From the NCBI GenBank assembly GCA_036521295.1, contig DATDIA010000203.1, forward strand, positions 1-35,842: a DNA stretch of 35,842 nt, written 5' to 3'. The stretch comes from Candidatus Cybelea sp. (GTDB lineage Bacteria; Vulcanimicrobiota; Vulcanimicrobiia; Vulcanimicrobiales; Vulcanimicrobiaceae). Under the pieces are notes generated by a model. The model had not been told where the DNA came from. It saw nothing but the letters and a program-made list of their open reading frames with translations, and searched no databases. Within the stretch, counting starts at the first letter, position 1. Each line of letters begins with the position of its first letter. The position numbers were made by a program, and so were the translations under genes. Below, piece by piece: positions 1-8,756 of this stretch.

Positions 1-1056
1 CCCGGCGAGTGGGTCGTCAAAGCGCAGGTGTTGATGGGCGGCCGCGGCAAGGCCGGCAAAATCAAGATGGCGACCGGCGCGGCGCAGGGAGGCAGCGTTG
101 CCGAAGAGATCATGGCGACGCCGATGCCGCCGAACCGGCAGAATCCGCATGGCGAGCCGGTGAAATCGCTTCTCGTCGAGCAGCGGCTCGCGATCGCGCA
201 GGAAGCCTATTGCGCGATTACGATCGACCGGGCAGCCCGCAAGCCCGTGGTAATGGTCAGCCGTTTCGGCGGGATGGACATCGAAGAAGTTGCCGCGCGC
301 CATCCCGAATCGATCGCCACGTTCTACGTCGATACGACGATCGGGTATTCGCCCTTCATCGGGCGCGAGCTGGCATTTTCGGCACAGCTCGATCCAGGCT
401 ATCGCAAACAATTCCCCGCGATCGTGGGGGCGCTCTACGATCTCTTCTTTCGCTATGGCGCGAAGCTGGTCGAGATAAATCCGCTCGCACTGACGTCCGA
501 TGGACGCGTCGTCGCGTCGGACGCAAAGGTCGAGCTCGACGACGACGCGCTCTTTCGAAATCCCGAGTTTGACCAGTGGCGTGCGGCGCTGCCGCTCGAC
601 GAAGATGAGTTGCTCGCGGCGCAAGCCGGCGTCGGCATTCGCAACTTTCGGCGGTTCCCCGGCGCGGTCGGGACGATGGCGAACGGCGCGGGGCTCGCGA
701 TGGCGACGATGGATGCCGTCGCGAACGCCGGCGGCGAGGTCGCCGACTTTCTCGACGTCGGCGGCGGCGCAAATGCGCAGCGCGTTCGCAACTGTTACGA
801 GCTCGTCGTGAACAATTCGGGCGCCACCGTTTTCTTCATCAACATCTTCGGTGGAATCACGCGCGGCGACGAGGTCGCGCGCGGGATCGTCGGAGCGATG
901 GAAGAGACGGCGTCGCGCAAAATTCCGCTCGTCATCCGTTTGACCGGTACCAACGAAGAAGAAGGCCGGCGGATTCTCAAAGACGCCGGGATGACGCCGG
1001 TCGAAACGATGGACGAAGGCGCGCGCGAAGCAGTGCGCCTATCACGGGACGCGTAA
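1..1056 (+). CDS. sucC: Succinate--CoA ligase [ADP-forming] beta subunit, 5' end cut by the window edge
   Basis: Frame 1 is open from base 1 (PGEWVVKAQVLMGGRGKAGK...). Family-typical motifs are present: MGGRGKAG, LVEINPLA, NIFGGITRGDEVA. The TAA stop at 1054-1056 is followed 2 nt later by sucD. Confidence 0.93.
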   Translation, partial: PGEWVVKAQVLMGGRGKAGKIKMATGAAQGGSVAEEIMATPMPPNRQNPHGEPVKSLLVEQRLAIAQEAYCAITIDRAARKPVVMVSRFGGMDIEEVAARHPESIATFYVDTTIGYSPFIGRELAFSAQLDPGYRKQFPAIVGALYDLFFRYGAKLVEINPLALTSDGRVVASDAKVELDDDALFRNPEFDQWRAALPLDEDELLAAQAGVGIRNFRRFPGAVGTMANGAGLAMATMDAVANAGGEVADFLDVGGGANAQRVRNCYELVVNNSGATVFFINIFGGITRGDEVARGIVGAMEETASRKIPLVIRLTGTNEEEGRRILKDAGMTPVETMDEGAREAVRLSRDA

Positions 1057-1058
1057 GC

Positions 1059-1937
1059 ATGTCGATATACGTCGACAAAAACAGCAAGGTCATCGTCCAG
1101 GGCATCACGGGCGCAGAAGGTTCGTACCACGCCGACCGCATGCATAAGTACGGAACGAATCTCGTGGGCGGGGTTACGCCCGGCAAGGGCGGCCAAAAGA
1201 CTCCCCAGGGACTCCCCGTCTTCGATACCGTCCGAGAAGCCGTCGACGCAACCGGCGCGACCCATACCTGCATCTTCGTCCCGCCGCCGTTTGCCGCTGA
1301 CGCCCTGTACGAGGCCCACGACGCCGGGATGACGCTTGCCGTCTGCATCACCGAGGGTGTTCCAGTCCACGACACGCTCAAGGTCGTCGGAGCGACCGCC
1401 GGCATGCGTATCATCGGGCCCAACTGTCCCGGCCTCGCTTCGCCCGGAAAGGCGCTCGTGGGTATCATGCCCGGGCACGTCTTCAAGGAAGGCGGCGTCG
1501 GCGTCATCTCCCGGTCTGGCACGTTGACGTACGAGGTCGTCGACTTGCTCACCCGTGCCGGCCTCGGCCAATCGACCTGCATCGGCGTCGGCGGCGATCC
1601 GATCATCGGGACGACCTTCGTCGAATGCCTGCGGGAGTTTAAGAACGATCCGCAGACCCACGCGATGGTAATCTGCGGCGAGATCGGTGGCTCCGACGAG
1701 GAAGAGGCCGCGGCCTTCGTGGCCGAGCACATGCCGGAGATGCCCGTCGTGGCTTTCATCGGAGGGCGAAACGCTCCGGCCGGCAAGTCGCTCGGTCATG
1801 CCGGTGCGATCATCTCCGGCAGTTTTGGAACACCTCAGAGCAAGATCGCCGCCTTCATCGCCGCCGGGGTGCCGGTAGCGCAGCGGCCCTCAGAAATACC
1901 GGGTCTCCTCGCGGAGCGCCTCGCTGTTCGAGCCTAA
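1059..1937 (+). CDS. sucD: Succinate--CoA ligase alpha subunit
   Basis: 292 aa. MSIYVDKNSKVIVQGITG, GPNCPG, SRSGTLTYE and the phosphohistidine loop GHAGAII are present. It lies immediately downstream of sucC. Confidence 0.95.
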   Translation: MSIYVDKNSKVIVQGITGAEGSYHADRMHKYGTNLVGGVTPGKGGQKTPQGLPVFDTVREAVDATGATHTCIFVPPPFAADALYEAHDAGMTLAVCITEGVPVHDTLKVVGATAGMRIIGPNCPGLASPGKALVGIMPGHVFKEGGVGVISRSGTLTYEVVDLLTRAGLGQSTCIGVGGDPIIGTTFVECLREFKNDPQTHAMVICGEIGGSDEEEAAAFVAEHMPEMPVVAFIGGRNAPAGKSLGHAGAIISGSFGTPQSKIAAFIAAGVPVAQRPSEIPGLLAERLAVRA

Positions 1938-2143
1938 AAAGGGTCCCGTCCGAGGCTTGACTTGGCCCAGAGCAACGCGTAGGCCCCAAACCGCTCGTTC
2001 TAAGGGAGCCTAAAGGAAAGACCTCAATCCTGAGCAAACGATGAGCGCAGCGGGTCACTCTGTGTTTTCCCTGTGGCCCTTTTGGCCGGGCGGCAGGGCG
2101 ACTCGCCTTTTGACAACTTAAGACAAATACGAGGGTTAAGAAC

Positions 2144-5100
2144 ATGAGTTCACATCGAACCCTCCGTCACGCGGTCGTCGCCGCGATGATCATCGGCGCA
2201 TTCATCTGCCAGGGAACATGGGCACTGGCAGGTGTCACCGGTAACATCGCGGGTACGATCAAGGACTCGAGCGGCGCGCCAATTGCCGGCGTACAAGTGC
2301 AGGCAGTTGCAGCCTCGGAGAACCGGACCGCGACGACGGATGCGGGAGGTCATTTCGTTATCCTCTCGCTGAACCCGGATACCTACACGCTCAGCCTGAG
2401 CCGAGCGGGGTACCAGGGTATTTCCTATCCAGGCGTTGTGGTCTTTGCGGACCAAACGCAAAACGTTTCCTACACGATGACCAAGGCGCTGCGCACGATT
2501 GCGCACGTGACGTCGCAAGCCGGCACCTCGCTCGTCAAGTCGGGCGTTGGCAGCGACCTCTATAGCGTCAACAGCAGCCAGGCTGCTGCTGCAGCGGCGC
2601 TGGGCGGAGGCGGCAATCTGAACAACGCCTATTCGGCAATGGCCTCGGTGCCTGGCGTGCAGACGTCCCAAGGCGGCATCGGCTGGGACTTCAACGCCGC
2701 ATACGTCCGCGGACAAAACTCGTACTATACCGGCTTCGAATATGACGGCATTCCGATTAACCGCTCATTCGACAATTACAACGCCGGGACGGAATCGAGC
2801 CTGGGCCTGCAGGAGCTGCAAGTCTACACGGGCGGGGGTCCGTCCTCGGTCGCTTCGGCCGGCACGGCGGGCTTCATCAACCAAGTCATCAAGACCGGCA
2901 CCTTCCCGGGTTTCGCCACGGCGAACCTCGGCATCGCGACGCCGAACTACTACCATCAATCTCAGGTTGAAATCGGCGGCTCGACGCCCGACCGCACCTT
3001 TAGCTACTACATCGGGATCCTGGGCTACAACCAAACCTATCGCTTCTTCGACAACAGCAACGGCGCCGGCTATATGACGCCGGGCGGCCCGTTGTCCGGC
3101 GACGTGCTGGGGTTTGGCACCGGCTATGGTTTCGGCAGCTTCCAGTACCTTGGAATTGCGAGCACATGTACCTGGACGTGCCAGGGCGTTAAGCCGATGT
3201 GTCCTCTCCTCAGTGCCGGGCCTTCGAAGTTCACCTACCCCGCGCAGGGGTGCTGGCAGTACTACAGCGGCCTCGCCGCCACGCCGTTCGCGGTCAGCGA
3301 TCGCGAGAACGTGATCAACCTTCACATGGGCATTCCCAAGCGCAACGGGCTTCGGGACGACGTTCAGGTCATGTGGAGCGGATCCGCGCTCAACAACTAT
3401 GGTTACAACAGTCCCGACGACATGGGACCGGGCGGCAACCAGTTCATCTACTCGCAGTACAATACGCTCGCCAGGGCGCCGGTCTGCGGTCCGGACACGA
3501 TCGCACCTGGATTGACGGTCAACGGCTGCAATAACCCAGGGAACTTCGGAGGTGTGCCGTCCTGCGGCATCTCGTCTAATCCCTTCGGGAACTGCGGCCA
3601 GATCATAGCGACGCAGTCGGCCTTCAAGTGCGGCGTCTCACCGCCAAGCTTCCCGTCGCTGGGCTGTGGGTTCACCTACGTGCCGTATGCAGACAATGTC
3701 GCGTATAACGTCCCGTTCGGCACCGCAATCGCCAAGAGCATGGCCTCGATAAGACCCCCAAGCGTCTACATGGCTCCGAACACGCCAGCACATGCGTTCG
3801 GCGCCCCGCTTCCGTTTAACAGCAACGCACAAAATGTCAATCAGAACGATGCCGGGATCGCGAAGATCCAGTACACCTACGCGTTGAGCCAATCAGCGTA
3901 TCTGCGCGCCTACGCGTATAGTTTCTACTCCGACTGGTTTTTGAACTCGCCGTCCTTCGGCTCGTTCGACGAGCTCGGGCCGGCCTTCCCCAATTCCGCC
4001 CAGTATCAGCTCATCACCCACACCTCGGGCGGCGCGCTCGATTTCCAGGATCAGCTCAACGACCAAAATTTGGTCAGCCTGGATGGAAACTATACGACCG
4101 CGGGCGTGATTCGCTTCAACAACTCTTCTGCGTATTACGGATGCGCGCCGGGCTCGGCGTTCTTTCCCAATGCCTGCTCTCCGATCGGCTACATGTCGTC
4201 AGCCGGCGGCAAATTCACGTGCTACGATCCCACGACGGGGAAAGCGCAGGTCTGTCTCAACTCTAGCTATTACAACGTCGCGACGAAGAGCACGGTCTCT
4301 CCGACCTGGACCGCCGATGCGGCTTCCGGTCCCACGGCTTTCGCCGCCGCGAACACTCCGGCCGGGAGGGCTCGAGCAACCTGGGATAGCCTCTGGAGTG
4401 GAAACGCCACCGGGTCATATAACGCCGTCCGGCCGAGGTTCGTGAATGCCGCGCTGCAAGATCAGTTCCGCCCCAACGACAAACTGCTGATCAACGCCTC
4501 GATCCGGTACGACAACTTCACGTACGTTCTGCCGGACTCGGTGACCCCTGCCACGTCGTTTTACGCCAGCCAGAGCGCGAACTACACCTGCGTTCAAGCC
4601 AAGACCAATCAGGTGCTGACGCAACCGTTGCCGCCGGGCGTACCGCCTCCGGCGGGCGCCCAATATGTCGTGGGCGACTGCAACGCGGCAGCGGCCGCGC
4701 TCTTTCCGGCCGGACCGCACACCGGTTGGGTCCATCCCAACGGTAAGACCCAAGACGGCGTTGCGGCACCGAACTTCACCGCGAGCTCGCCGAGTTCGTA
4801 CACGCTCGACTACTGGGAGCCGCGTTTCTCGGCAACCTACACCGTGAGTCCGGACACCGTGATCCGGGCATCGGCGGGTCGCTACACGCAGCCTCCGATC
4901 TCCGCGTCGGTTCAATACCTCAGCTCATCGGGTGACGATCGCTCGGTTTGGAACAACACGATGAACCTCGGGTTCTATTCGCCCTTCCATCCGATTCCGG
5001 GAATCTCGTCTGGCCAGTACGATCTCTCGTTGGAACAGCACTTCCGCGGGACCGACATGAGCTTTAAGCTCACGCCGTTCTACACCTGGGTTTCGAACTG

Positions 5101-6214
5101 GCAGCAGCAGACCTTCATCGGCTCGAACTTCGTGACGCAAGTTCCGGTCGGCGTGAATCGCAACGAAGGCGTCGAGTTCCAGTTCAACAAGGGTGACTTC
5201 ACTCGCAACGGGCTCTCGGGGCTCCTGGCGTTCACCTACACCGACTCGAAGGTGATGTTCCAGAACATTCCTACCTCAGGGGGCGGCGTTATTCCGAACA
5301 CCACGACTACGCTCAATCAGGTGATTACGGCGTATAACCAGCTTACCAAGGCGGGCGGCGGCAGCCCCTGCTACCAGGACCTTCCAACGGGCTCGGTGGG
5401 CGTTCCGTGTTCGAAACACAACTCACCTTCGGGTGTCGACACGATCCTCAACCCATACTACAATCAACCCGAGCAGGGTCTGCTCAATCCGAGTGGCTGG
5501 TACAACCCGTACACGACCGCCATCGCACCGAGTCTCAGCGGTGCGCTCAACAGCTACATCTCGCCGTACGCTTCGTCCTTGGTTCTCAACTGGCGCCAAA
5601 ACAAGCTCGCAATCACGCCGAGCTTCAACTTCCAGACCGGCGGCTTTTATGGAAGCCCGCTCGACACGACCGGTCTCGATCCAAGGGCCTGCACGCAAAA
5701 CTCGAGGGCAGCCGGCATCACGAAGCTCTCGCCGAAGACCAATCCGCTTCAATGCAACTACCTCTCGGTCAATGCCCCCGGTCTGGGCCAGTTCGGCTAC
5801 CTCTACATTCCAGATCCGCAGACCGGAACGTTCTTGTTCGGAAACTACGAGCAACCGAGCTCGATCGTCGGCAACCTGCAGGTTTCCTACGATGTCAGTC
5901 CGCGGATCAGGCTGACCGTTCTTGGAGCCAACCTCTTCCACACGTGCTTCGGCGGTACGCCTGCAGCCTGGACGGCTGCGGCTCCGCCAAGTCCCGTGTT
6001 CTGTGGCTACGCTCCGGCCGGCGGCCCGCTCAACAGCACGATCTATCCGGCCAACTTCTACAACGGCACCGGCATCAACGACTTCAAAGCTAATGGAGCT
6101 CGGACGCCGGCCGCCTTCCAGCAAAGCTACACGCCCCGCGGCGCAAGCACTGGCGCGATCGGCGCTGCCGTGCAACCGATCAACGTCTACTTCAACGCAC
6201 AGATTAGGATCTAA
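2144..6214 (+). CDS. Giant TonB-dependent-receptor-like outer-membrane protein with an N-terminal carboxypeptidase-regulatory-like domain
   Basis: 1356 aa. Signal peptide: MSSHRTLRHAVVAAMIIGAFICQGTWALA. CarboxypepD_reg-like segment: GTIKDSSGAPIAGVQVQA...TDAGGHFVILSLNPDTYTLSLSRAGYQ. Plug-like segment: ASVPGVQT...AYVRGQ...YDGIPIN. A long Gly/Asn/Tyr/Ser-rich beta-barrel-like remainder follows. A GAGGG RBS sits 9 nt upstream of the ATG. Confidence 0.75.
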   Translation: MSSHRTLRHAVVAAMIIGAFICQGTWALAGVTGNIAGTIKDSSGAPIAGVQVQAVAASENRTATTDAGGHFVILSLNPDTYTLSLSRAGYQGISYPGVVVFADQTQNVSYTMTKALRTIAHVTSQAGTSLVKSGVGSDLYSVNSSQAAAAAALGGGGNLNNAYSAMASVPGVQTSQGGIGWDFNAAYVRGQNSYYTGFEYDGIPINRSFDNYNAGTESSLGLQELQVYTGGGPSSVASAGTAGFINQVIKTGTFPGFATANLGIATPNYYHQSQVEIGGSTPDRTFSYYIGILGYNQTYRFFDNSNGAGYMTPGGPLSGDVLGFGTGYGFGSFQYLGIASTCTWTCQGVKPMCPLLSAGPSKFTYPAQGCWQYYSGLAATPFAVSDRENVINLHMGIPKRNGLRDDVQVMWSGSALNNYGYNSPDDMGPGGNQFIYSQYNTLARAPVCGPDTIAPGLTVNGCNNPGNFGGVPSCGISSNPFGNCGQIIATQSAFKCGVSPPSFPSLGCGFTYVPYADNVAYNVPFGTAIAKSMASIRPPSVYMAPNTPAHAFGAPLPFNSNAQNVNQNDAGIAKIQYTYALSQSAYLRAYAYSFYSDWFLNSPSFGSFDELGPAFPNSAQYQLITHTSGGALDFQDQLNDQNLVSLDGNYTTAGVIRFNNSSAYYGCAPGSAFFPNACSPIGYMSSAGGKFTCYDPTTGKAQVCLNSSYYNVATKSTVSPTWTADAASGPTAFAAANTPAGRARATWDSLWSGNATGSYNAVRPRFVNAALQDQFRPNDKLLINASIRYDNFTYVLPDSVTPATSFYASQSANYTCVQAKTNQVLTQPLPPGVPPPAGAQYVVGDCNAAAAALFPAGPHTGWVHPNGKTQDGVAAPNFTASSPSSYTLDYWEPRFSATYTVSPDTVIRASAGRYTQPPISASVQYLSSSGDDRSVWNNTMNLGFYSPFHPIPGISSGQYDLSLEQHFRGTDMSFKLTPFYTWVSNWQQQTFIGSNFVTQVPVGVNRNEGVEFQFNKGDFTRNGLSGLLAFTYTDSKVMFQNIPTSGGGVIPNTTTTLNQVITAYNQLTKAGGGSPCYQDLPTGSVGVPCSKHNSPSGVDTILNPYYNQPEQGLLNPSGWYNPYTTAIAPSLSGALNSYISPYASSLVLNWRQNKLAITPSFNFQTGGFYGSPLDTTGLDPRACTQNSRAAGITKLSPKTNPLQCNYLSVNAPGLGQFGYLYIPDPQTGTFLFGNYEQPSSIVGNLQVSYDVSPRIRLTVLGANLFHTCFGGTPAAWTAAAPPSPVFCGYAPAGGPLNSTIYPANFYNGTGINDFKANGARTPAAFQQSYTPRGASTGAIGAAVQPINVYFNAQIRI

Positions 6215-6247
6215 TCACGTTTGATGCGCTGAGCTAGCACCAACGCA

Positions 6248-6277
6248 AGCGGGACCCTCCGGGGTCCCGCTTCTTTG
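6248..6277 (+). terminator. Rho-independent terminator after the TBDR-like gene
   Basis: A perfect 10-bp GC stem (AGCGGGACCC 6248-6257 / GGGTCCCGCT 6262-6271) has a 4-nt loop and is followed by TCTTTGT. Confidence 0.8.
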
Positions 6278-6322
6278 TACGCGGCAGGCGCGCACTCCAC
6301 GTAGCGAGAAATTTTTCTGGCG

Positions 6323-7162
6323 ATGCAAAGGTTTTTTTTGGCGATCCTATGCACGCTGGCATGCGTCAGCTTTCTGCCGGTCGCGGCCCGTCCGGACGGC
6401 ACCGCGGGCGCCTCGTCTGCGACGCCCCCACCGCAAATCTATCACGTCGTTACCACCGCGCTGTGCGCGCGTCTGCACGAGCGGGTTCGCCCCGCCGTCG
6501 CGATGATTCTGCAAAACGATCAGAAGATCGCCAAGAGCCCTCCGCTCTTCAAAAGATACCAGCGCGGCGCGCTCACCGCGCTCGATAGCGCCGATCCAAA
6601 CGGCGTGGGATCGCCGCAGGGCATGGACTCGATCTATAACCAATCTCCCGAGACCAGCATGGCGCTCCAGCAGATGTCGTATCTCGTGATTCCAATCGCG
6701 CGCAACCTCATTGCGGCGCAGACATTGCTCGACAACGTCAAGCTGGTCGAGCCGACGGGGAATGCCGCCGACGACGCGACACTCGATAAAATCAAGCAAC
6801 AGCTGCTCGATACCATCGCCTTTCAGAGCGCCTCGCTCGATCTGATCAACGGCTTTGTGACAACGCTCCAAATGGGAGAGTTGCAGCATGCCGGCGAGGA
6901 ATATCTCGGTGCAATCCAAGGCGGCGATATGACCACGCCGACGATAAGGGTAACGCCAAATCCGTGGCAAGACCCGAACACACCGGGCCTCGCGCCGAAC
7001 CCCTATGCGTTCGACGTCGCCACTATTCCGGGCTTGGCGGTGGGGTACAACCCGCTTTCACGAATTGTCGATGGATTGCAATGGCTGCGCGCGGAGACCA
7101 GCAAGCGAGAAGATACGGCCGGCAAGACCATTGCGGCGGCGCTGAGCGAATGCGGAAAATAA
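6323..7162 (+). CDS. Secreted hypothetical protein
   Basis: 279 aa. N-terminal signal-like sequence MQRFFLAILCTLACVSFLPVAARP. Amino-acid composition is balanced and unlike the antisense ORFs. I recognise no family. Confidence 0.6.
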   Translation: MQRFFLAILCTLACVSFLPVAARPDGTAGASSATPPPQIYHVVTTALCARLHERVRPAVAMILQNDQKIAKSPPLFKRYQRGALTALDSADPNGVGSPQGMDSIYNQSPETSMALQQMSYLVIPIARNLIAAQTLLDNVKLVEPTGNAADDATLDKIKQQLLDTIAFQSASLDLINGFVTTLQMGELQHAGEEYLGAIQGGDMTTPTIRVTPNPWQDPNTPGLAPNPYAFDVATIPGLAVGYNPLSRIVDGLQWLRAETSKREDTAGKTIAAALSECGK

Positions 7163-7189
7163 TTGGCGATCCCTTAGGAGAATGATAGT

Positions 7190-7942
7190 ATGCGTGCCAG
7201 ACTTACCGTCGTCGCCCTGATAGGTTCACTCTGGATGGTGCCCAGCATGAGCAGAGCCGATACCGCCGCTGGGCAACTCGTCTACAACTTTACCTACAGT
7301 GCGAATCAGAACGTTCAGTCCCGCGACTCGGTCAACAACGTCGAAGACGTCAACGAATCCGGCAGCCTCGCTGCTGGCAACAACGGAATAAGTCACTACG
7401 GCGGGTCGCTCACGGATAAGGGAACGATGACGGTCAACGTCTTGCGCCGGCAGCCCGATGGAGCGCTGGTCGTCATGATTAGCGAGCAGGGTGAGAACCT
7501 CCGACGAGCCTCGCCGGCCGAGTGCGTCGTCTACGGGAACACGCACGTCATCTGCGACCCCGACAAGACGATCTACACCGAGGAATACACCTTATTGCGT
7601 TTTCTCGGGGGGAACTTCGTCGATCCCACTGCGCTCGACGCGAATCGTCACTGGATCGTTACGCAGGACAGCGGGTTGGATAACGTACATGCGGACTATA
7701 CCATTAACAGCGACGTGAACGGAATGATGCAAATCGGCGAGAAACGCAGCGTCAAGGAGAGTGGAGCGGGGCATTTGACGACCGACGTCGAGACGAAGGT
7801 CGGCTACGACTCCAAACGCTCCGTACCAACATCGGTGGACGAGTACGCGACCCAATACACGGACGGCGGCATCAAGGGCACGTCGAGGACGATCTATCAG
7901 ACCACCCTGAGTCTCGTCTCCGACTCAGTGGCCAAGCAATAG
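7190..7942 (+). CDS. Secreted hypothetical protein
   Basis: 250 aa. Signal peptide MRARLTVVALIGSLWMVPSMSRADT. Composition is Asn/Thr/Asp-rich and beta-like. AGGAG lies upstream of the ATG. I recognise no family. Confidence 0.6.
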   Translation: MRARLTVVALIGSLWMVPSMSRADTAAGQLVYNFTYSANQNVQSRDSVNNVEDVNESGSLAAGNNGISHYGGSLTDKGTMTVNVLRRQPDGALVVMISEQGENLRRASPAECVVYGNTHVICDPDKTIYTEEYTLLRFLGGNFVDPTALDANRHWIVTQDSGLDNVHADYTINSDVNGMMQIGEKRSVKESGAGHLTTDVETKVGYDSKRSVPTSVDEYATQYTDGGIKGTSRTIYQTTLSLVSDSVAKQ

Positions 7943-8151
7943 CGCAAAACGGCTATCAGTGCGAGGATTGTGAAGTCGCGATCTTTCCGACCACGACCCG
8001 CGGCGAACTTCAGTGGCTCAAGGATAGGCTCCACGTGGCGCGCGAAGTAGCGCGCCACTCGAGCACCGGCCTCGATTCATGGATGATGGAAGGGCTTGCG
8101 TTTCTCGACGACCATCAGGGGCATAGTATTGTTCTCGTCTCCCGCCGCCGC

Positions 8152-8304
8152 TAAGAAAGAAAGCGCTGATTTAGATGCAGCTCTAGGAGCCGCGGGCCGA
8201 AGTTTACTAAGGTAATCGAGGCCTGCGGCGACAACGAGATGCGCTAAATCAGAGCTTTCTTAGGCCGCGGCGACAACGAAATGCGCTAAATCAGCGCTTT
8301 CTTA
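8152..8304. repeat. Intergenic repeat structure: a 38-bp unit duplicated in tandem (period 42) plus an inverted copy of its distal 19 bp
   Basis: Copy A (8225-8262) and copy B (8267-8304) are GCGGCGACAACGARATGCGCTAAATCAGMGCTTTCTTA and match at 36/38 positions. The left arm (8152-8174, TAAGAAAGAAAGCGCTGATTTAG) is the reverse complement of CTAAATCAGCGCTTTCTTA (8286-8304), matching at 18/19. The stop codon of the minus-strand LysM gene (8302-8304) lies inside copy B. Confidence 0.85.
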
Positions 8305-8583
8305 TTCGGGGATGCGGAGATGCTGGCCAGGCTGTAGCGCACCGGCTTTGAGACGGTTCGCGTCGCTGATGCGGTCGACGACCTCTTGAAGGTCTGAGCT
8401 CCGCTGAGCATGGGCGGCAGCGATGGACCAGAGCGTATCGCCCGGACGTACGGTCACGGAAACGTATCGCTGCGTACTAGCCGCGTACAGCCGGACGCTT
8501 GACAGCGTCGGCAGGGCTACCATGAGTCCGAGGCCGGCCAGTGCGATCGCCGGCAGCAGCGTGAAGCGTCTTCGTTTACCCAC
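8302..8583 (-). CDS. YneA-like small LysM membrane protein (candidate SOS-induced cell-division inhibitor)
   Basis: One TM segment (FTLLPAIALAGLGLMVALP) is followed by a LysM domain (YVSVTVRPGDTLWSIAAAH...VVDRISDANRLKAGALQPGQHLRIP). The gene is divergent from lexA. I chose the GTG at 8583 because GGGGAG lies 8 nt upstream. The longer track ORF (to 8691) would read through LexA box 1 and the predicted promoter. Confidence 0.7.
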   Translation of the reverse strand: MGKRRRFTLLPAIALAGLGLMVALPTLSSVRLYAASTQRYVSVTVRPGDTLWSIAAAHAQRSSDLQEVVDRISDANRLKAGALQPGQHLRIPE

Positions 8584-8608
8584 TCTCTTCACTCCCCATA
8601 TGTAGTGC

Positions 8609-8622
8609 CAAACATCTGTTCG
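8609..8622. promoter_or_regulatory. LexA operator (Cheo-type SOS box) 1, just downstream of the -10 of the YneA-like gene
   Basis: CAAACATCTGTTCG. On the minus strand this reads CGAACAGATGTTTG, fitting CGAAC-N4-GTTYG. Confidence 0.7.
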
Positions 8623-8630
8623 TCCCCCAT

Positions 8631-8661
8631 ATTTTACCATAAGCGGCCGGAGCAATGTCAA
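8631..8661 (-). promoter_or_regulatory. Candidate sigma-A-type promoter of the YneA-like gene
   Basis: On the minus strand: TTGACA (8656-8661), a 19-nt spacer ending in TGG, then TAAAAT (8631-8636). SOS box 1 starts 8 nt downstream of the -10. Confidence 0.45.
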
Positions 8662-8667
8662 GGCGCT

Positions 8668-8681
8668 CGAACGTATGTTTG
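8668..8681. promoter_or_regulatory. LexA operator (Cheo-type SOS box) 2, upstream of lexA
   Basis: CGAACGTATGTTTG fits CGAAC-N4-GTTYG. It lies 76 nt upstream of the lexA ATG. Confidence 0.7.
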
Positions 8682-8756
8682 CCTTCGTCAAGAATTTATG
8701 TTAGGGTTGTACCGGCTATGAATGCCATACAGTTGGCATTCTCGCCCTGGAGGAAC

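Noticed and set aside
795-1799. A 334-aa minus-strand ORF antisense to sucC/sucD. Similar long antisense ORFs occur at 9253-10107, 16091-17404, 20763-21644, 25676-region frames and 29367-30539.
   Set aside because: All lie opposite strongly conserved, confidently identified genes. They are extremely Arg/Ala/Pro/Ser/Gly-rich, as expected for stop-poor alternative frames in GC-rich DNA. None shows a recognisable motif.
1938-2143. A possible cobalamin or other riboswitch in the 206-nt leader upstream of the TonB-dependent-receptor-like gene.
   Set aside because: I could not find a B12 box (GCCACTG-like core) or the conserved AGGGAA/GGTG elements. The leader contains only generic GC-rich sequence and a TTGACA hexamer without a matching -10. 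A covariance-model scan would be needed to settle this.
7960-8154. A protein-like open frame (QCEDCEVAIFPTTTRGELQWLKDRLHVAREV...) considered as a small zinc-ribbon gene.
   Set aside because: There is no ATG/GTG/TTG start between the upstream stop (7681) and 8035, leaving at most 39 codons. There is only one CxxC pair and no RBS. I kept it only as a possible gene remnant within the intergenic finding.
8225-8304. The tandem repeat considered as a CRISPR array.
   Set aside because: There are only two repeat copies. They are separated by 4 bp, so there are no spacers. No cas genes are present, and an inverted partial copy lies nearby. The architecture is not CRISPR.
8584-8756. N-terminal extensions of the LysM ORF (to 8691) and of lexA (from 8655), as given in the ORF track.
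   Set aside because: The extensions overlap each other on opposite strands and contain both SOS boxes and the predicted promoter. They would add non-homologous residues in front of a full-length 206-aa LexA and a YneA-sized LysM protein.
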